A stretch of DNA of 64,000 nt from Felis catus. Taxonomy: Eukaryota. Shown here piece by piece: positions 13,824-27,400 of the stretch; within the stretch, counting starts at the first letter, position 1, and each line of letters starts with the position of its first letter. The notes beneath the pieces were generated by a model. That model was not told the DNA's origin. It did not search any database and worked only from the letters and a program-made list of their open reading frames with translations. The stretch lies in the NCBI RefSeq assembly GCF_018350175.1, contig NC_058374.1, positions 47,492,001 to 47,556,000 of the forward strand, read 5' to 3'. The translations under genes and the position numbers were made by a program.

Positions 13824-14299
13824 ACAACAACCCAGACATCAGGATTGAAGAAGAGGAGCCAGAATCCCCTGTGCTGCTGGCAAGACCCTATCCCCATCAC
13901 TTGGAATCTTACCACTTCAGTCTGACAAAGGGACCATCAAGATTGATCCAAAATACCTGTAAGCCTTGCTTGGGACAGTCACCATGAGAAGCCCAAGTCT
14001 CATCACTCAGACATTCATTCCCAGATGACCAGCCATTTCCCATCTGAGCTCATCTCCCATCCTTTACGAGCTCCCTGTATCCTTCCATCAAGCAGTGGTT
14101 CATCACTGGCCACAACCTTGACAACTGCTTTCAGCTTGCTCTCACAGACACTCGGCTTTTCCTTGAGGGCCTTGTAGCCCTCTCAAGGGGAGACATTTCT
14201 TCTCCGTTTCCCATGCCACTTAGAACCTTCCTTTCTCCTCATTGCTATGGCTGGACCCCCCCCCCCTCTTCTTTAAAAATCAAAAGAAAACAAGACAAA

Positions 14300-16672
14300 A
14301 AACCAGCTTCGAGGCACATTAGACTATACCAGCTGCTTTTCTTGCCTGAAGCAGTTGTTTAAACACTCTAGGATCACCCTCATTCCAGTCGCTGTCTTCA
14401 ATACCATTCCTGTCATAATTTGTGTTGCCTTCCATAGCCACATAAACCATTGTTGCCACCTCCTGGCCGCTCAGTTCCTTGGCCTCTGCTCCTTCAATAA
14501 CTTTTCCCTCCGCCTAACCTCTACCCACAGCCCCACACCAGCCCAGACCGTGTCACTACAAATAATTGCAACATCCCTATAGTGGAAGCCTCGAGCATCC
14601 ACTCTGACTCAGCTCCTAATTTCCAGATGAGTCCTTCTGGAACATGATTCAATAATTTGGTGACTCCAGTCTGCCTCTCAGTCTCCTCCCCTGACCACAC
14701 CTCATTGTTTCTGATTCCCTAAAAATCCTCACCTTTGTCCTCGCCCAGCTTGGATTCCATGGCCAATCATCATCCCTACTTCAGAATTGCCCTTACCTGT
14801 GTCTTACTGTCTTCACTGCATTCACCTGGTTAAACCCCAGCCCTGCTTAAATTTAACTCTCTAAGCTGGATGTAGCTGAAGAAAATTTCTTAAATTTCTT
14901 TTAAACTCACGACTTTAAGAAACTCAAGTCAGTCCTTTGTGTCACCCAGCATGTCTCCTACACTTTCTTTGTTGCATTACTCTTCTGCTAGATGGCTATA
15001 TAAAGTAATTCAGATCTTTTTCTCTTCCCAAACCTCTAATACTCACTCCTGATATTCAGTCTTAGCTGATCAACTTCCTTTGTATTTCACTAAAAAGACA
15101 TCAATCAGAAAAGATGTACTCCCACCATCACATTTACCAACCAATTTAGGCATGGGTCCAAGGTCACTACTCTATTACTCTAACAACCTGGTTAGTCTCC
15201 TAAAGTCACTGCCCACTTGTGCCCTGGATCTCACCCGCTCTCATTTCATCAAAGACATCATTCCAGCAAGTGTCCCCTCCCCTGGGTCATTCTGGTCAGC
15301 CATACACAGGCTGGTATTTCTCCCATCTTAAAAAAAAAAATCCCTTCTTGGACCTCACAGCCTTTACCACCTCCGGCTATTTCTGTGTTCTCTTTACTCC
15401 TAAGAGAGTTGGTAGTTCTTTTTGTCTCCATTTCCTCTCCTCCCATTCTTTCATGAACCCACCACTTTCGTGCCTATGTCCCCACCTGTCCACTGATACA
15501 GCTTTTTCTCAGCTTATCAGTAAAATGACCTCCATGTTCCCAGATAATCTTATTCTACTCCTCGATTTGCTCCTGGCTGGTCCTCCCAGTACTGCTTTCT
15601 CTTCATCTCTGAAGGCTCTGGCCCAGGGACTCTCTTCTGTTCAGTCACTCCCTGGACCCAGTCTCATGGCTTCAAATACCATCCAAATGCCTATGAATTC
15701 CAAATTTATATCTTTAGGCTCTACTTCATCCCTAAACTCCAGACTCGTATATCCAATAGCCTAATCAGCATTTCTACTTAGGTGTCTGATGGACATTTTA
15801 AACCTACTATAAGGCTCTCGTCCCCAATCTGCATTATCTATAGGATTTCCATTTGATTAATGGTGACTCCAAACGTTCCAAACTGGTAGTTGACTCCAAA
15901 AATTCTAGGGTCATTTTTGATTTTTTTCTCTCTCTCTTAATGTCTAATACAACAACAAAGCCTTCAAAATATTTCCAGAACCCGACCATTTTTTCACCAC
16001 CTCTGCTAACACTCTGGTCCAAGCCACTGTCATCTTTTACCTGGATTAATGCAATAGCTTCTTAACTGGTCTCACTGCTTCTCTTGTTGCCTATGTGCTC
16101 ATGGTATACTCTCAACACAGCTATCACTGTGCGTCTTTTAAAATGGAAGTCGGGTCCTATCAGTTTCAACTCAGAATCCTCTAGTGACTTCTCAGCTTGC
16201 TCTTGGTAAAAGCCCTTAACACTGGCCTACAAGTCCTGTGTGTCAATACCACCCCTCTGACCTCTTCTCTCATATTCTCCTCACTCATTGGCATCCCGGC
16301 TCTTCCTCAAGGATGTCAAGCATGTGGTTTGACCTCATGGTCTCTGCAATTGCTTTCTCTTTGCCTGAAAAACTCTTCATATAGAAAGCCCCACAGTTTA
16401 CTCCCATTGGGGCCATTGCTCAAATGTTACCTTTTTATAGAAACTTTTTCTGTCCATCCTACAGAAAGTAGCAACCCATACCCATATCCTACCCCCCTTA
16501 ATCTGCGTTGTTTTTCCTCTGTGGCACTTTGAAGTATCTGACATGAAATTTATGCATTTATTGTCTATGTCCTCTCATAAATACGTAAGCTCCATGAGGG
16601 TATGGACTTCATGTTGTTCACTTCTGTATCCCTGGTGTGTGCTTTTTATTCAATAAATAGCAGTGCGTGAAT
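14300..16672 (+). mobile_element. Long degenerate L2 element
   Basis: CT-rich L2 body (CTAAACTCCAGACTCGTATATCCAA, CTGGTCCAAGCCAC) ending GTAAGCTCCATGAGGG...TGTTCACTTCTGTATCCC...TCAATAAATA. Confidence 0.7.
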
Positions 16673-19600
16673 AAACCATCTTTGTAAAACATGCTCCTAC
16701 AGGCCAAATCTCCCAAAAAGAAGACTTTGAGGGAAAAAAAATCTGAATATTTATTTTAAACTTTAACCAGATTCCTAAATGACAAGAGTAGAATTTACAT
16801 TCTGACTTGAGAACTCTCCTTGGGTTTGCTACTTTTTTTTTTTAATAACTAAGAAATGAAATGACCTTGAGTCTCACTCAATGGCTCTCTCCCCCTCTCC
16901 TTCTGTTTTCTAAGTCCTAAATCCATTGTGGGTACAATAGCATTTATAGAGATTCTAATATTTGGGAAGATTACTTAACATCTTAGCCTTTCTGGTTTGC
17001 TTAGACCATATGATCTATTGCCCTTTAATAATATTTTATGGCTTAAAAGATCATGTGTCTGAGTTGGTAAAATCCATGTTAATATGTGTAAGACTCAGGA
17101 TTAAATCAATCCATAAAATGCCTATTTGTAATCTAATCTACCAATTTCCTTCCTGAGGTAAATAGTAATCAGATTAGAAACCTGGTGTTTTCACTGGGGA
17201 AGAGAAGAAATAATTTTATTTAAAAGATTTTCTCTCTCAGAGGTGACCTAACTTTGTGATCCGAAATCATTCCAAAATTGAAAAAAAGGTTCAGCTAACT
17301 CTATTCCCCTGATATATTTTGTTCTTCACAGTGCCCTTTGGCTTCCCAATTTAAGTAAATGTAATCATAATGGGTCTAAGGCTCTTCTACTCAAAATATT
17401 CTTGACTGGAGAATGAAAATCACTTGAGAGAAGCTGCCCTAAAGGTCTGTAGATGAATTTTTGAAAAGTTAAGGTGCAATGCTTATCAATGTCTTCCTGG
17501 AAGGAAGCCTCTGCCTCTCTCTAAAGTTATTCTGTTGCCAATGTTTTGCACAATCAATAGCAGCAAAGCTTCTCCTCTGCCAGAGCTCATAGGGAGCAGC
17601 AAACACATCATTTATGGACTAGACCACAGCACCTGGATGTTGGTGTCATCATCTCTTCACCCCCAAACCATTCTACCCTGAGTTCTCCCTTCACTGCGTT
17701 TAAACATTTCTAAGCTCAGTGAGGAGCATTTTTTTCAGAGTAAAGCTCTTTGTCTACTTGTGACTGAATCTGTTTCCTATTTCACTTTTCTCTCTCTCAT
17801 TCCAAAGGAGACACGATAGAAATGCTTAAAAATATAATGTACAACAGCTCATTGGGTGAGAGACTTAGAAACTCTGTGACCTTAGGGTACTGTCATATCA
17901 CCAGCACGTTCAGACTGACATCTGAACATCCCACATCACACAGGGGTTGTGCTTTGAAACAATAAAAAAGAGAGAAGACAGTGACAACCACAAAATGCCT
18001 CCATATACACGACAGGCACCTCAATCAAAGCCCTGGTGCACATTCTCACAGAGATTGCTTAAAATTCCAAAGCACACCCCTCTCCACTGGTAGAACTGCA
18101 GGCTATCACTGAGGGCACACCATTTCCCAGCACTTGACCTTGAGTTGAAGCACCTGGTAATATGGCCTTTCTTGTTTGCTTATCATTCTCCTTTTTACCT
18201 TCTCTATCTTCCCAAGTTAAAATACTGAGAAAACCGTGAGAAATCGCCAAGAGTTGCTTTAACAATCTAATAGTTTAGATGATACTGCATCTTAAGGAAC
18301 ACATCCCTCCATCATAGGAAAGGAGAAGAGGAGGGAAACAAAATCATGACAAGGAACCAGGAGAGCTGCCAGGAAGACCGAGAGGCGAGAAGAGTTTCCG
18401 TGTAAGGAACCTGGAAGGTTCAATGCTAAAACTTACACTGAAATTGCCAGAGACATAGGTATTTTGGCCTATTTCCTGTTACAGCTATTATTCTCTTTGT
18501 TCAGTACCAAGCACTAAAACTTGTTTTGGAATCATGGCGGCCAGGAAAGGAAGAAGAGGTGACTCTAGGGGAGAGAACAGAACTCCCCAAGTGGCGAGGA
18601 TTAAATTTCTTTATGAACTTCCATAGCAAACTTTGCCAGTAGGATGTGTGATTGGTGATGGCCAAGTAGATTGCCCCCATGATGTGACAAAGGAAGCGAA
18701 AAAGAAACGAAGGTTACCAGAAAACAACAATAACGGCCCCAGAAGATAGTAGCTTTGTTCTTGGTCTCATTTATCTTTCTGTCTACCAGGCTTTACCCAT
18801 AACCCAAACAGGGTTATGCAGATTATTCTTTCATGTAAGCAACAGAAAGCAAGAGGTCAAGGAGAGGTGTGAGCTGCCCAGGTGCCAATGACCAAATGGA
18901 CAAGCCTGGCTTGGAGAGAAATCAAAGTCACAATATGAGAGGAATTACATCTTGCTCCCATCTCGGTGAGAAAGAGTTTCATGCAGAGGCTGCTGCTCAG
19001 TAGGAATTCCTGGGGTCTGAAATTGACTTAACTTTTGTCTGCCTCTCCATAAAACACCTAGCACCCAGGACCACTAAAATCTACCACAAATGGGAAAGTA
19101 CCCTCATTTTCTGTATACCGTCGGCAGCTTCAGTCTTACGCAGATATGGATTTTATCAAGCCATCCTTTCAAGCTATGCTTCAGGTTATCTTCTTCATTT
19201 CTATTATAATCTTGATACTGAGCACAATAGCTCCATTGAATAATTCTGTTATTTTATGCCTTTATGCCCCCACGAATCCTCTTATCTCCCCCCACCCCAA
19301 AGACTATCGCTGTAGCATAACAGGGAATGGTCATCTCATGGGATTATGATGCTCTACATGCTCACCAGCGGTTGGCCACGTTACATCATTGATGTCACAA
19401 GCACCACGACCCACGTATCTGTAATGGCACTCATGTGAAGGATGACGTCACTGTGGAGTCAAGATAGAATGACCCTGACCCCTCTCTTAGTTTACTATGA
19501 TACCATCATGATTTCATGTGGCATATGGAGAATCGAAAAGTAGAGAAAGGATATTTGTAAATGGCTGAATTCTAAACTTTGACTTTAAGGAAGATTCTAG

Positions 19601-20385
19601 TACCCTCCTCTACATCATCCCTCTACATGAGAATAAAACTTACCTCCTCTCTAAGCCCATACTCTTTCCTGAAACCAGGTTCCTGAAGCAGCCTCTGGGA
19701 ATGACTACACTGTATAATTGACTATATAGAGGATTCCCCACTCACCCATTTGAGGACCTTTCCATCTTCCTACTTCCTGTCCTGTCTTCCCTTTGGGGAC
19801 AGGATGATCCGACGAAGTTAAAAAAAATCCACATCGAGGTAAGAAACTTCGAGCTCTTTTACTGTTCTTGGTATAAGCAGAATGCTCTCCGTACATGAAC
19901 TAAAACCAGTTCTGTGGCAAGATTAAACTAAAGACACTATCCTCTTTGGAAAGACTAATAATAACTTCCTGAGCTTGGTATTATTCATCAGTGAACAAGT
20001 AAACTGCAGGAGAAATGGTTGCAGGGTTCCCTGGGTTCAGGATGCTTAAAGAATTAACTATTATAATCTTGGGGCAAAATCAAGATTTTGTAATGATTCT
20101 CAGGAGACCTTTAGTGGTCTTTGCAATGCCCACACTTCCTTTCTTCATGCTTTAGGCAAGCAGTAATGATTGTGCATCTAGGGGATATAGGGCTTTCCTT
20201 CTGAATTCATTGTATATGTGAACTTCCATATACTTCTACTTCTGTTTCCTGAACAAATTCATGCCTTAATATTGGAATCGGGCTTGCTGTGTTTGGCTAA
20301 ATTATAGGGGGACCCAGAAGAAGGCTCTTGGGGGCTCTCCCCTGAGGTTCCCTCCTGTGGGCTGACCAAAACTGCTGATATCTTT

Positions 20386-20609
20386 TCAACTTTTTTTTTT
20401 TTTTATTATTATTTTTTTATTTTTGGGACAGAGAGAGACAGAGCATGAATGGGGGAGGGGCAGAGAGAGAGGGAGACACAGAATCGGAAACAGGCTCCAG
20501 GCTCTGAGCCATCAGCCCAGAGCCTGACGCGGGGCTCGAACTCACGGACCGCAAGATCGTGACCTGGCTGAAGTCGGATGCTTAACCGACTGCGCCACCC
20601 AGGCGCCCC
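20386..20609 (-). mobile_element. Young felid Can-SINE (SINEC_Fc-like)
   Basis: Full tRNA-derived head GGGGCGCCTGGGTGGCGCAGTCGG, CT tract and A tail; exact 18-bp TSD AAAACTGCTGATATCTTT (20368-20385, 20610-20627). Confidence 0.97.
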
Positions 20610-23600
20610 AAAACTGCTGATATCTTTAGAGTATTTTGATTTCCTCACACACACATTCCTGAAAACTTTCTTCCCCATGTTAACACTTTGCAAGAAATCC
20701 TCTGCCTCAGTTTTCCTTAAGCTTTTTATTTATGTGGGTTACATGCCACATAAAACATGTTTAATAATAATAAAATTATTCACATTGCCTTACTCTACAA
20801 AATTCAAAGACATTTGTCTCGTTTGGCCTTCAACTTTTCCTCGTTACAGAAACTTTTCTACCTCTCTCTCATTTTCAAAGTTCTTGCCCTGTTCTTACCT
20901 CTTTGACTTGTCTCTGTAGACTCATGTGGACTCTGGACTGTGTGTGTGTGTACGGGTCTACAAAGAAGACAATTTCCATGGGAAAGATCTGGATAAATCA
21001 GCTGCCTGGATTTAATGATTTTTCTCCACTGTTAGATGCTTAACAAAGGGTGAGGGTGGACAATTCAGGTAGCATTACCCAGTGAGCTAGGATGAGGGTT
21101 GGAATTTCAGACAATCTTTGGTTCTGCCAAAGAATTTCCTAAATAACCTTAGTTTTGACTAATCATAAAATGTTGCTGTGCTTCAAACGTTTCATCTGTA
21201 AAATTAAAAGGTGATCATATTTTCGTGCCAAAGGAGGCTATGTGGAAGAAGGGGTTATGGTAAATTATCCCACATTCACAAACCAAGGAAATTTGATTTA
21301 CTCAGAATGTACCATAGGCTAAATATGGTGGCCAACTAAGTGGGTTGCTGGTGACCCTAGAAACTCTATCCCCCAAGGAGCGGGTAGCAGGCTAGAAACT
21401 GCCATAGCTCAGGTCATTTTTACATAATTCAGAATGATCAAGCAAAGACTCTTCAAATTTCTGCTGCTCCATTTCTTGTGCCTGTTACCAAGAAATAACC
21501 AAGGTAATTGCCCTGATCAGTGGAGCAATGTAGTAACAAAGTTGTTCTCTCTTCTGGGATCCAAAGTACCCAGGATGCACAAGCAGGCTCTGTCCTCAGT
21601 CATTAAAGGATAGTGGGGCTGACGGAGCTAGGCTTTTTGGACTCTGGCTTGGAAGCATTAAACACTATGCACATGTTCAAGCTCTGTGCCCTCTGAGTGT
21701 TATGTGTGCATCATTCAGGACATAGAATACTTCCAGATCTCTAGACTGAGAAAGGACAGTAAGAGAATGTCAGAGATAGTAAGTGGATGAGGGAGACAAA
21801 GCTGTATGAGTCCTGGTTGTCTTCCAATGACATTTGCATCAAAGAAAGGGTATTGTCAATATTTCATGTTTTTCTCAGTAAGAATTCTATCTGGATGCTT
21901 CTCTAGTCTCCTTTCTTCCTACGGACATGAAGTCTTGATATTTTCCCTGCTCCTGACCCTGGAAGAAGAAAAATTTGTGAATCTCCCAAGGCACATATTG
22001 CTATTCCTGTCCCCAGTGAGGATAGACCTCTCTACCCTGCTCACAGTGTCGTCAAGAAGAGATGTGGGCACATATGGGTGAGTATGTATCTAAGTAACAG
22101 GACTATCTGTCCTTGGGGAGACTGGCTTCTGCTTCTCCATCTTCCTAGCACCGATCCATCAATAGGACATCAGAGTTCCACACGAATTCCACAGGGGAAA
22201 ACAGGGACAAACAACAGGACAACTAGGTTATTCCATCACAAACAGAATGCTCCTTTCACATAAAGTCTGGATATTCTGTCAAACCTTGAGCTGTCAGTGG
22301 ATCCACAGGCTAGGTAGAACAAGAGAGAAAACACTAGCTTGATAAAGCAGAATATGTCCACCCAGTTCTAAATGAGCGCTTTTATCTCCCAAGGATGTAT
22401 CCCTGTTCCTCCGTAAGGCGATTGAAATTGGCAATCTGGAATCTCTTAGAAGTGTGCGCACACAAGCAGTGTGTGTGAACTGGGGAGGTGCACACGCATT
22501 GAGGGAGCTCATGGCAAAGAGATCAGATCAGGTCCAGTTGTGCTGTCCAGGTCACCATGTGGAAGCAATGCAGAAGTTACTGAGGGCACAGCTCAGACAG
22601 AGGCAGCACTATGGCCCAGACCGTGGTTTACACATGGTTCTTGTTGCAGCCAAAGGGAATATTAAAATAGCCCTTGAATTCAAAAGAAAATGATAAATTA
22701 CAATGTGACAGTGACATTGGGAGTTAACTACACAGACTATTCTGAATACGACTGAGGTTTCAGGTAGGCATGCTTTATTTATTTTTTTAAACGTCCCCTT
22801 TGGAAATAAGATAACAACCTTATCTAAGAGAAAAGGCAGCTCAACACATTTCACATTCCTGTGGCCACATTCCCTGAAGCTCAACTCCCGTCAGATCTCA
22901 GAGACCGTGAGTCTCTTAATACGAGGACAGACAGAATCACAGCCTGGTGGCTTAGATTCTGTGGGGAAGGGTGGTGTGACGGGGTCGCTTCCTCTCTACT
23001 CAGGTGAGGATCAGGGCCTCTCTGGGTGCGGTAGTCTGAGGGACACGCCTAAGCACTGGCTCAGGCCTGACGTGTGGCCTGACTGCCTGTGGACATTCAG
23101 GATCTCATGGATGTGGTTGGATCCAGGTTCCGCACTCACCACGGGCGGGCACAGTTACAGCTGAAGGCAGGTATGATGTGGTTCTTGCTTTCCTGGCAGT
23201 GCCCTGGGCAGCTGTTACCTTTCCTGGTATTTTTGACATTGGAGCAAACAACTTCCAGTCCACACACGAGCATGAAGGTGGTCCCCAGAAGGGGCTTTTA
23301 AAACTTTTCTTAAAAATTTGTTTCCTTTTCTGCTGCATCTCGGGTTACAAGTGAAAATGGGGAACGGCAGGTGTAACTCTGTCCTCAGTCCAATACCCTG
23401 GAAATAAGCTCCAAGTTTGCGTCAGCTTTCACTCCCGGGGACTAAAGGAACAGACATCTGGAAGGTCATCAGCTTTCGGTCTTGCCCTTTTCTGAAGCTA
23501 GCATCAAAACCAGTAATCAAGGGAGACCCAAGAGACTTGGGTGCAGGCTCCTGGCTTTGTGACATGAAGGGAAACTCCACTGTAGACTTCCTATCCTTTT

Positions 23601-23805
23601 CCTTCCTCCTACCCTCCCTTAATGTCTCAGATATTTACAGGGAAAAAAATTGACACGGATACCTCTTGGGTAAAATTGCCTCCTGGATATATTATGATGT
23701 CCTGGATTTGTTTTCATTCCATTGGTCTAACAACAATTTATGAATGTCCATTATGAGGATGGCGTCTTCCTACCGTTCTACCTATATCAGACAATTTGTT
23801 TCACT

Positions 23806-23806
<1 letters not shown>

Positions 23807-23845
<39 letters not shown>

Positions 23846-23886
23846 TTTTAGATGAGAAATGAAATATACACACACACACACACACA
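23807..23886. repeat. (GT)17 and (AC)9 microsatellites in inverted arrangement
   Basis: GT run 23807-23840, AC run 23868-23886. Confidence 0.9.
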
Positions 23887-24703
23887 GAGGGGGATTTTGC
23901 TCTAAAATGTTAACTACCCCATTTCCAGGAGCAGGACTATTTAGACCTAACAGGACTTTCAAGAAGAAAAATTCTCCCTCGAGACTTACATTTTAATTTT
24001 CATCAGGGTGCCTCCCAAGTTGCCACACTTTGCCCCGTCTTGCCAACCACAATGCCTCTACCTCCCTCCTGTCTCAATGAAGAATGGACTTTGTTCACTT
24101 TTTTGAAGAAGAGACTTGTCAGAGCCTGTAACTTATTTGAGTCCAGTTCTCTATAGTATGCTTTAAATTAGCACACAATGGCAGAAGATGCCTCCCAAAG
24201 GAGATTAATTCCTGACCAATGACATAATGAGATTTACAGATGAAGCTGGCCAGGGGAAGGAAACATGATAAGTGAAAGAAAGGACAGTACCAGCTCCAAG
24301 AGGTTCTTTTGGGGAACAAACACAGGCTCGCACAGACTACAAGGAATAAGACAGACTGCTTAGTGGCATACCACAGAGGCAGGGGGGACGTGAATAGGGC
24401 TCTGGGAATAAAGGAACAAGAGAGTCGTATGGTTAGAGGTGATGTTGTCTTCCTCTAATGCAATGAATCCCTTCACATTTAGAGAGAAAGGATTGCGTTA
24501 GAATTCTAAGTCAGCTCATTCAAATTCTAGCCTGCTTTCACTTGCAGTACACAGATCAGAAACAAAGTGCTCAATTATTTCAACACTCAACTTCCCTTTG
24601 AGGGAAGTAGTCCTATAGACGAAGCCTCAGATATGGTAAGAAGACAAAGAGTGCAGGAAAGAGAGATCACCAAGACAGGTCATGAGCAGCACAGTTTCCC
24701 TAA

Positions 24704-24773
24704 GTCCTACTGGACCTACTTAGGGTCCTACTGGACCACTACTTAGGGTCCTACTGGACCACACTTAGGGTCC
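24704..24773. repeat. 21-23 bp tandem repeat, 3 copies
   Basis: GTCCTACTGGACC(T/ACT/AC)ACTTAGG x3. Confidence 0.9.
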
Positions 24774-25269
24774 ATAAAACCGTGTGATTACTGAGCCTGA
24801 ATTGTGACAAGATCCTTCTGGTATGCAAGTTTCAAAAAAAAAATGGCTACAGATTGCATGAAAACCACATCAAGGCCAGCATAGGTCAGGTTGTTAGAGA
24901 CTCAGTCCAGGAGTGAAGTATCTGGAGACAAGCCCCACTCACAGCATCTGAAAGCTCCTGATACCTAACAGGTGATCAATATCCTCCATAATCTCTCCCT
25001 CTGCCACTTATTTCGTTGGTATACATGTAGTATTCCAAGTACTACTAACCATAAAACAGCCACAGAGTAACTTCACAGAGCAAGGCAGAGCCTCAAAAAA
25101 TCCAAATTCCCATTTGAAATAATAGTTAACATGAACATGTATACATTCAGCATATTGCTGTAATTGTAGGTAGGCGCAGAAATACAGAAATGTGGAGGGG
25201 CTGATCCTTAGGTTTTACTGCAGATTCAAGTATCCTGTGGGCAAAATAAAGTGACTTCTTTTCAATTAT

Positions 25270-27400
25270 AATTTATAATACCAAATATTTACAAGTACTT
25301 TCCATTTGGAAGATACACTGGTAGGTGCTACAGGAGATAAAAAGATGAATAAATGCATGCCCCCTGACCACCACAGGGAGTTTATAATCTAGCAGGAGAG
25401 ATGAGATGTATAATTAAGTAACCATAAAATAAGATGGTCTGCAACAGATATCACTAGAGAGATACAATTAAAGTGCTATGGACATTCACAAAAGGCGTAT
25501 TTGTAAGTTTTTCTGGATGAAGGAAGGTAGACATGTGGTACATTTGTTCTGTTCTTTGAAGATCTGTATATAGTGAGATGGATATTATGCAAGAAGGGAG
25601 TGAGATGGGAGAGAGGGAGGAGAGAATTTGGGGCAAAGGAAGCAGTTCAAGAAAAAACACGTGGGGGAAAAAGTTAGTATCGGAAAGGTAAGACAAAAAT
25701 GTGTGATTCAGCTTATCTGCTGCACAGGCACACACACTGGCAAATTACAAGAAGTTATTCTTCCTGCTGGATCGTGGCAAGTACAGCCCATTGGAATTTT
25801 TTTTTTCACTTGGAGAATGGCATGATTTAATAGGAAGTGAATACTGAGGAGATTCAAATATAAAAACTTAGAAAATGCTAAAAGATATTGAAATCATCCC
25901 GACTAGATGGAAGGACCTGAATGAAATGGGGAGATTGGGAAATCCTTGGGGGCAAGAATTTACAGGCTTTCCAGATGATTAGCTGTGTAAGATGAGGGAA
26001 ACGGAGGAGGCAAAGTGTCTGGAAAGCTTTAGTTTGGTGACAGAAGGAACAGTGGAACCATTAACCAGAAGGGGGAATCTGGTGATTAAGTTCGTTTGCA
26101 GGAATTGCCTTGGACATTTGACTCAACAAGAAATCGTCCAGGAGGTGAACGGAAATATCTGCATTAAGAGGAAATGAAAAGGAAAGTGTAGGTGAGAAGA
26201 TTTGGAATTCATCCCCGGAGAGTCGTCAAAGTGAAAGAAAGAAACATTGCTACAGAAGCATGGCGATAAAGAGGGCGGGAGGGTCAAGCTCAGAACACCA
26301 TGGCAAGTCAACGCTGAGGGCATAGGAGGAAGAGCAGGAACCAGCAAGAGAACATAGAGAGAGGACCAGAGGGCTAGGATTAAAGCCAGAACATGCTGCT
26401 TCCCAACGGTAAATTTAGGTTAGCGGTGGGGGGACAGGGTCATTGGATTCTGTAACAAGAAGTTCACTGGAATGTTGCCAGAGCAGTTTCGGTAGAGTGG
26501 CAGAGTGTAGCCCACTTTTAAAGCTTAAGCCATGAGCATTATTAGGTGAGGAAGTGAAGAAAGACAGGCTACATTTTTGGGATGTTTGGAAAGTGAAAAG
26601 ATAAAACAGAGGACAGGAATCCAAGAGTTTAAATAGATGGAGAGATTTGCTTTTAGAGATGGTGGTAGGACGGGGAGACTGTTAGAGATGGTGGTAGGCA
26701 CGTGTGGAAGAGATGAAAAGCCCATAAGGGAGGTACTGCTGGCTGGAGCAGACCTCAGGACGGGTCAGAGGGTAGGCATCGGAGCACCGGGGTGAGGAGC
26801 ACTGGGCTGAGAGGGAGGAGGGAAAAGACGAACGAAAGACAACAGGAATTTAGAAATGGAGAGGACTGGTCATGTGAGGACTCAAGAAATCAGGTGTCTT
26901 TTCTCAGCAATGCAGTAGGAAAGACTGCGTGTTGGGAGACAGGAGTTAAGGATGAAAGGAAAAATGGAAACCAAGTTTCACAACCACTTGGCAGATGGGA
27001 CATGGAGTCAACACTGGAGAAATAAAAAAAGATGTCCAAGCGGGGTAGGGTTCAGGGGACACCAAACAGATGGCATCTGTGGCCTCGGCACAGGTGGAAG
27101 ACCCTCCGTTCTCGCAGGGGGAATGGATGACGGGGTGGGGGGGATGCAGAGTTGGAAAAGCAACCGGGTGTGACAAGGCAAGAGGCAGAAGCCAGTGCTG
27201 CGGAGAGCATGGGGCGATACCAAAGAGGTGAGGAACTTCAGCCAGGGCGGTTGATGGAGCAGAACAGCACAGGGAGCGTGAAGGGAAGTAGGTAAGATAC
27301 AGAAACTGCAAGGTTGTGGTCAGAGAGAGAATTCAGAGCTTCAGACCAGGAGGTGGAATGATTCAAAAAAAAAAAAAAAAAAAAAAAAAAAGATCCAGGC
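25270..27400 (-). mobile_element. Degenerate L2 fragments
   Basis: Reverse L2 3' end (AATATTTACAAGTACTT...GGTAGGTGCTACAGGAGATAAAAAGATGAATAA...GGGAGTTTATAATCTAG) followed by purine-rich L2 body. Confidence 0.55.

Noticed and set aside
24704-24773. CRISPR-like or interstitial telomere interpretation of the tandem repeat
   Set aside because: Eukaryotic context, no unique spacers or cas genes, and the TTAGGG hexamers are isolated rather than tandem.
24592-25476. Seed matches for miR-204/211, miR-181, miR-137 and the miR-17 family in the putative UTR
   Set aside because: 7-8-mers are expected by chance over ~22 kb; not meaningful without conservation data.
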